From Oligoflexia bacterium (GTDB taxonomy: Bacteria > Bdellovibrionota > Bdellovibrionia > JABDDW01): 10,453 nt of DNA. The DNA is taken from positions 1-10,453 of the forward strand of contig JAYTHU010000171.1 of assembly GCA_043732305.1 (NCBI GenBank), read 5' to 3'. The notes below the pieces were generated by a model. It was not told the origin of the DNA and did no database searches. It saw only the letters and a list, made by a program, of their open reading frames with translations. A program made the translations under genes and the position numbers. This document shows, one piece after another, positions 7,894-10,453 of the stretch (the first letter of the stretch is position 1; every line of letters begins with the position of its first letter).

Positions 7894-7922
7894 ACTCTAT
7901 TGACGAAATCAAATCTATGCAA
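7894..7922 (-). promoter_or_regulatory. Candidate leftward sigma70-type promoter TTGCAT-N17-TAGAGT
   Basis: -35 is the reverse complement of 7917-7922 and -10 of 7894-7899, with 17-bp spacing; a TTGACG hexamer on the opposite strand (7900-7905) lies inside the spacer. Confidence 0.4.
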
Positions 7923-7964
7923 GACCTTTGAAGGTTCAACATGCGTTCTTGGGGGGCATCAGTC

Positions 7965-8783
7965 TTGGAAACAATAAATCAATTCTTAACATCAAACGGA
8001 ATTTCAGAAAACGATCTAGTGCTTGACGGCACATTTAAGGAGCTAAAAACTCAGTCAGGCTTTAAGGGCTGGTATGTGGGTGATAATCTGGGGCCAGGCA
8101 AACGCTCCATCACAATCGAAGACTGGAGAACAAGGGATAGGAAAACATTTATCGAAGGAGTGGATCTCACCGATCCTGAGGAGCAAAAAAAGCTCGCAGA
8201 AATTCGTTCGAGATACGAAAAAGAAAAGAAAGATCTCCAGCTCCTAAAACAAGAAATTGCTCAAGAGAAAATCAAAGAGTTCTCTAAAGAGAATTGGGTG
8301 ACACCTTCAAAATATTTAGTAAATAAAAAAATTGATCAAACCTTTGGCGCGATCTTGGTAGAAAGCCGCATCGAAACAACTGACCTCATCATTCCCATGT
8401 ACGACAAATCTGCTGTGTTGTGGAATTACCAAACCATACAAGATAGCGGAGCAAAGGCTTTTGTTCCCGGCGCACTCGTTGATGGATTATTCTTTAGACT
8501 TAGAGATAATGTAAACGTCAAAAATGATGAGATCATAATCTGCGAAGGCTTCGCCACTGCCTGCTCTATCAAAATATCTTATCCAGAAGCCGTTGTGTTC
8601 TGCGCATTCTCAGCCGGAAATCTACAGCTCGTCGCTGAATTAGTAAGAGTTCTTTACCCTACTTCAAAAATATTAATTGCGGGTGACGACGACGTTGGAA
8701 AACAAATAAATACAGGTAGGGATAAAGCAGAGGCAGCAGCTAAGTCAATTAATGGAGCTGCTTTTTTTCCGAGCTTTTCATGA
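7965..8783 (+). CDS. DNA primase, N-terminal fragment with C-terminally incomplete Toprim domain
   Basis: GWYVG and DWR N-terminal motifs, LIIPMYD, NYQTI, ICEGFATA, AFSAGNL, IAGDDD, NTGRDKAEAAA; stops at FFPSFS before the expected DFND motif. Probable start TTG 7965 after a GGGGGG SD (track start ATG 7941 is in frame). Confidence 0.92.
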   Translation: METINQFLTSNGISENDLVLDGTFKELKTQSGFKGWYVGDNLGPGKRSITIEDWRTRDRKTFIEGVDLTDPEEQKKLAEIRSRYEKEKKDLQLLKQEIAQEKIKEFSKENWVTPSKYLVNKKIDQTFGAILVESRIETTDLIIPMYDKSAVLWNYQTIQDSGAKAFVPGALVDGLFFRLRDNVNVKNDEIIICEGFATACSIKISYPEAVVFCAFSAGNLQLVAELVRVLYPTSKILIAGDDDVGKQINTGRDKAEAAAKSINGAAFFPSFS

Positions 8784-9220
8784 ATACAAATAATTTCTTT
8801 TCTAAAATTTATGAAAATTCATCTGGTTGTTGGCTGATGACTACCGCTAAAAACAATGAGGGCTACGCAAGATACGCTGGTAAAAAGGGGCATCAGATCA
8901 CGTATTTTATTTTTTACGGAAAGGTTCCAAAAAATTTAGAAATTGATCACCTATGCCAAGTTCGCGGTTGTGTAAATCCTCTGCATTTAGAAGCTGTTAC
9001 TCATAAAGAAAATGTGCGCCGTGGAAAAGTCGGTAAAGTTACTGCCAAAAGGCAGCAATCAAAAAAAGTCTGTATAAACGGCCACCCATATAACGAACAA
9101 AATACTTATTTTGATCCTAAAATATATGGAGCCCAAAAAAACCCATCAAGACATTGCAAAATTTGTAAAAAAATTGCCCATAAAAAATGGCGTAGAGGAA
9201 AAAATGCAAAAAGCACTTAG
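8780..9220 (+). CDS. Free-standing HNH homing endonuclease with C-terminal Zn-binding motif, inserted in the primase-helicase gene
   Basis: GCW...GY...H..TY...GKVPKNLEIDHLC..RGCVNPLHLEAVTHKENVRRG nuclease core, then CINGH...CKIC. Start overlaps the primase stop (ATGA); end overlaps the next ORF start by 17 nt. Confidence 0.93.
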   Translation: MNTNNFFSKIYENSSGCWLMTTAKNNEGYARYAGKKGHQITYFIFYGKVPKNLEIDHLCQVRGCVNPLHLEAVTHKENVRRGKVGKVTAKRQQSKKVCINGHPYNEQNTYFDPKIYGAQKNPSRHCKICKKIAHKKWRRGKNAKST

Positions 9221-10453
9221 TGATTTTAACGATTTACATGTTCATTTTGGCTTAGAAGTTGTCAAAAAACAGATAACAAAAGCTTTTCAAAATGCAAAAG
9301 CTCCGAAAGATGATTGGTCAAAAGCCTTTAGTGAAGCTCAGTCTCAGGGTGCGAAGGGTACAAAACAGGGTGACAAGGCAAGGACTGAACATATTAAAAC
9401 AGCATCCTCTCTAAACGCAATTGATCCATATGTGAACGGGGTAAAGCCCATGGACATCGGCTTATCAAAAACTGGCAGACCGATTCTGCCCGATGAGTTC
9501 GATGCAGCAGCGAATCTTTTTAAATACTACGAAGATAGAATCGTGTTCTCTGAAGGATCTATTTTTATCTACAGCCAAACTCATTGGAAAGAAGTCGATG
9601 AGTACAATGAGGGAAAAGTAATCTTACAAATTCAAGTTCTCTACGCAGGCAAGGCCACAAATTCAAGAGTCACTGCCGCCTACAAGCAGTTTCTAAGACT
9701 CATTCCAAAGAGTGATCGATCTTTGTATGCACCGAATCCTTATATTGTGAATTTCTCTAACGGCACTCTGCATATTGAGAAGAAAGACATGAAGTGGAAT
9801 TTTCGGTTCGCTGATCACGACAAAAACGACTTCTGCACTAATGTTATTCCCATCCCCTATGATGAGACCAGAAGCATTCGTAATCCAGAGTTCGAGGCCA
9901 TGGTGAACCGGGTGTGTGGGGTGGATAATGACGGGATCGAGAAAGTCAGAGCTGTGAAGCAAATGTATGGTGCGTGTGTGGCTCCGATCTTCCCGCATTT
10001 GTTTATGCTTCATGGACCGGCAAAATCCGGCAAAACTTCTCTGATTATTCCAGCTCAGAAACTCGTTCATAAAGACAACTGGTGTTCTGTGGAGCCCCAC
10101 GAATTCAAAGGCTTCACTATGGAGTCGATGGCAGGGAAGCTTGTGAATATTGTGACAGATATTGATCTCTCAGAGCCAATCAAAGACAACCATATCAAAA
10201 AAATCGAGGACCGAATTCCGGTCCGGATCGACCGCAAATTCAAGAACGCTGTCATGGCGCCACTCCCTGCCGTTCACATCTTCGGCGGCAACGACATCCC
10301 CCCGACTTTCGAGAGAGGGTCCGGGGCCCATGAACGCCGGTGGACTTTCGTTCAAATTCAAGGACTCAAAGTCGCTGGCCACTACTCCAAAAGCTTCGCC
10401 TCAGACGTGTTCGACGCCAATCCAATAGGGGTGTTAAACTTCGCTTTGGACGG
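9204..10453 (+). CDS. Primase-helicase C-terminal fragment: Toprim tail, D5_N-like domain and SF3 (P4/D5-type) helicase; runs off the window end
   Basis: Translated by hand, open for 416 codons: MQKALSDFNDLHVHFGLEVVKKQI..., VNFSNGTL, Walker A GPAKSGKT (10014-10037), Walker B region LVNIVTD, motif C HIFGGN, Arg finger ERRW. AGAGGA SD at 9194-9199. An in-frame ATG at 9126 is an alternative start without an obvious SD. Confidence 0.93.
   Translation, partial: MQKALSDFNDLHVHFGLEVVKKQITKAFQNAKAPKDDWSKAFSEAQSQGAKGTKQGDKARTEHIKTASSLNAIDPYVNGVKPMDIGLSKTGRPILPDEFDAAANLFKYYEDRIVFSEGSIFIYSQTHWKEVDEYNEGKVILQIQVLYAGKATNSRVTAAYKQFLRLIPKSDRSLYAPNPYIVNFSNGTLHIEKKDMKWNFRFADHDKNDFCTNVIPIPYDETRSIRNPEFEAMVNRVCGVDNDGIEKVRAVKQMYGACVAPIFPHLFMLHGPAKSGKTSLIIPAQKLVHKDNWCSVEPHEFKGFTMESMAGKLVNIVTDIDLSEPIKDNHIKKIEDRIPVRIDRKFKNAVMAPLPAVHIFGGNDIPPTFERGSGAHERRWTFVQIQGLKVAGHYSKSFASDVFDANPIGVLNFALD

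Noticed and set aside
7965..8783. Primase pseudogene
   Set aside because: Both fragments retain their catalytic motifs, have no frameshifts and have plausible translation signals.
8778..9206. Stop-codon readthrough or T4 gene 60-style ribosomal bypass joining the primase halves
   Set aside because: The primase frame has further stops inside the HNH (for example TAA at 9075), there is no in-frame TCA landing codon between 9078 and the DFND codons, and the downstream half has its own SD and ATG.
8780..9220. Group I intron or intein carrying the HNH
   Set aside because: The insertion is entirely HNH coding sequence with no recognisable group I core elements, and the HNH is out of frame with the primase, which ends in a stop, so an intein is excluded. 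Splicing cannot be fully ruled out without RT-PCR.
9693..10428. Track ORFs 9693..10100, 10067..10255, 10162..10428 and 10170..10382
   Set aside because: Shadow frames of the SF3 helicase ORF, which the track missed because it has no stop within the window.
1..10453. CRISPR array, tRNA genes, IS elements or alternative genetic code
   Set aside because: No regularly spaced repeats, cloverleaf or transposase seen, and genes pack tightly under the standard code with stops used in normal coupling overlaps.

Overview
This window is the DNA-replication region of a tailed dsDNA phage or prophage; no structural genes, integrase, tRNA or CRISPR array are visible. A tightly packed leftward operon (7628 down to 9) encodes several small hypothetical proteins, a small membrane protein, a 2OG-Fe(II) dioxygenase-like protein, an SNF2-type helicase, a conserved phage protein, an SSB-like protein, a ribbon-helix-helix protein, a family A DNA polymerase, a VRR-NUC nuclease, a hypothetical protein and a 20-aa Lys-rich micro-ORF. 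A structured ~310-bp divergent control region separates it from a rightward primase-helicase locus. The most striking feature is that this Toprim primase/D5-SF3 helicase gene appears to be cut in two inside the Toprim domain by a free-standing HNH endonuclease gene with no evident intron core: the conserved DFNDLH motif opens a second ORF (9204 to the window end, absent from the ORF track) that has its own ribosome-binding site. All family assignments are from motif recognition by eye; no database searches were run.
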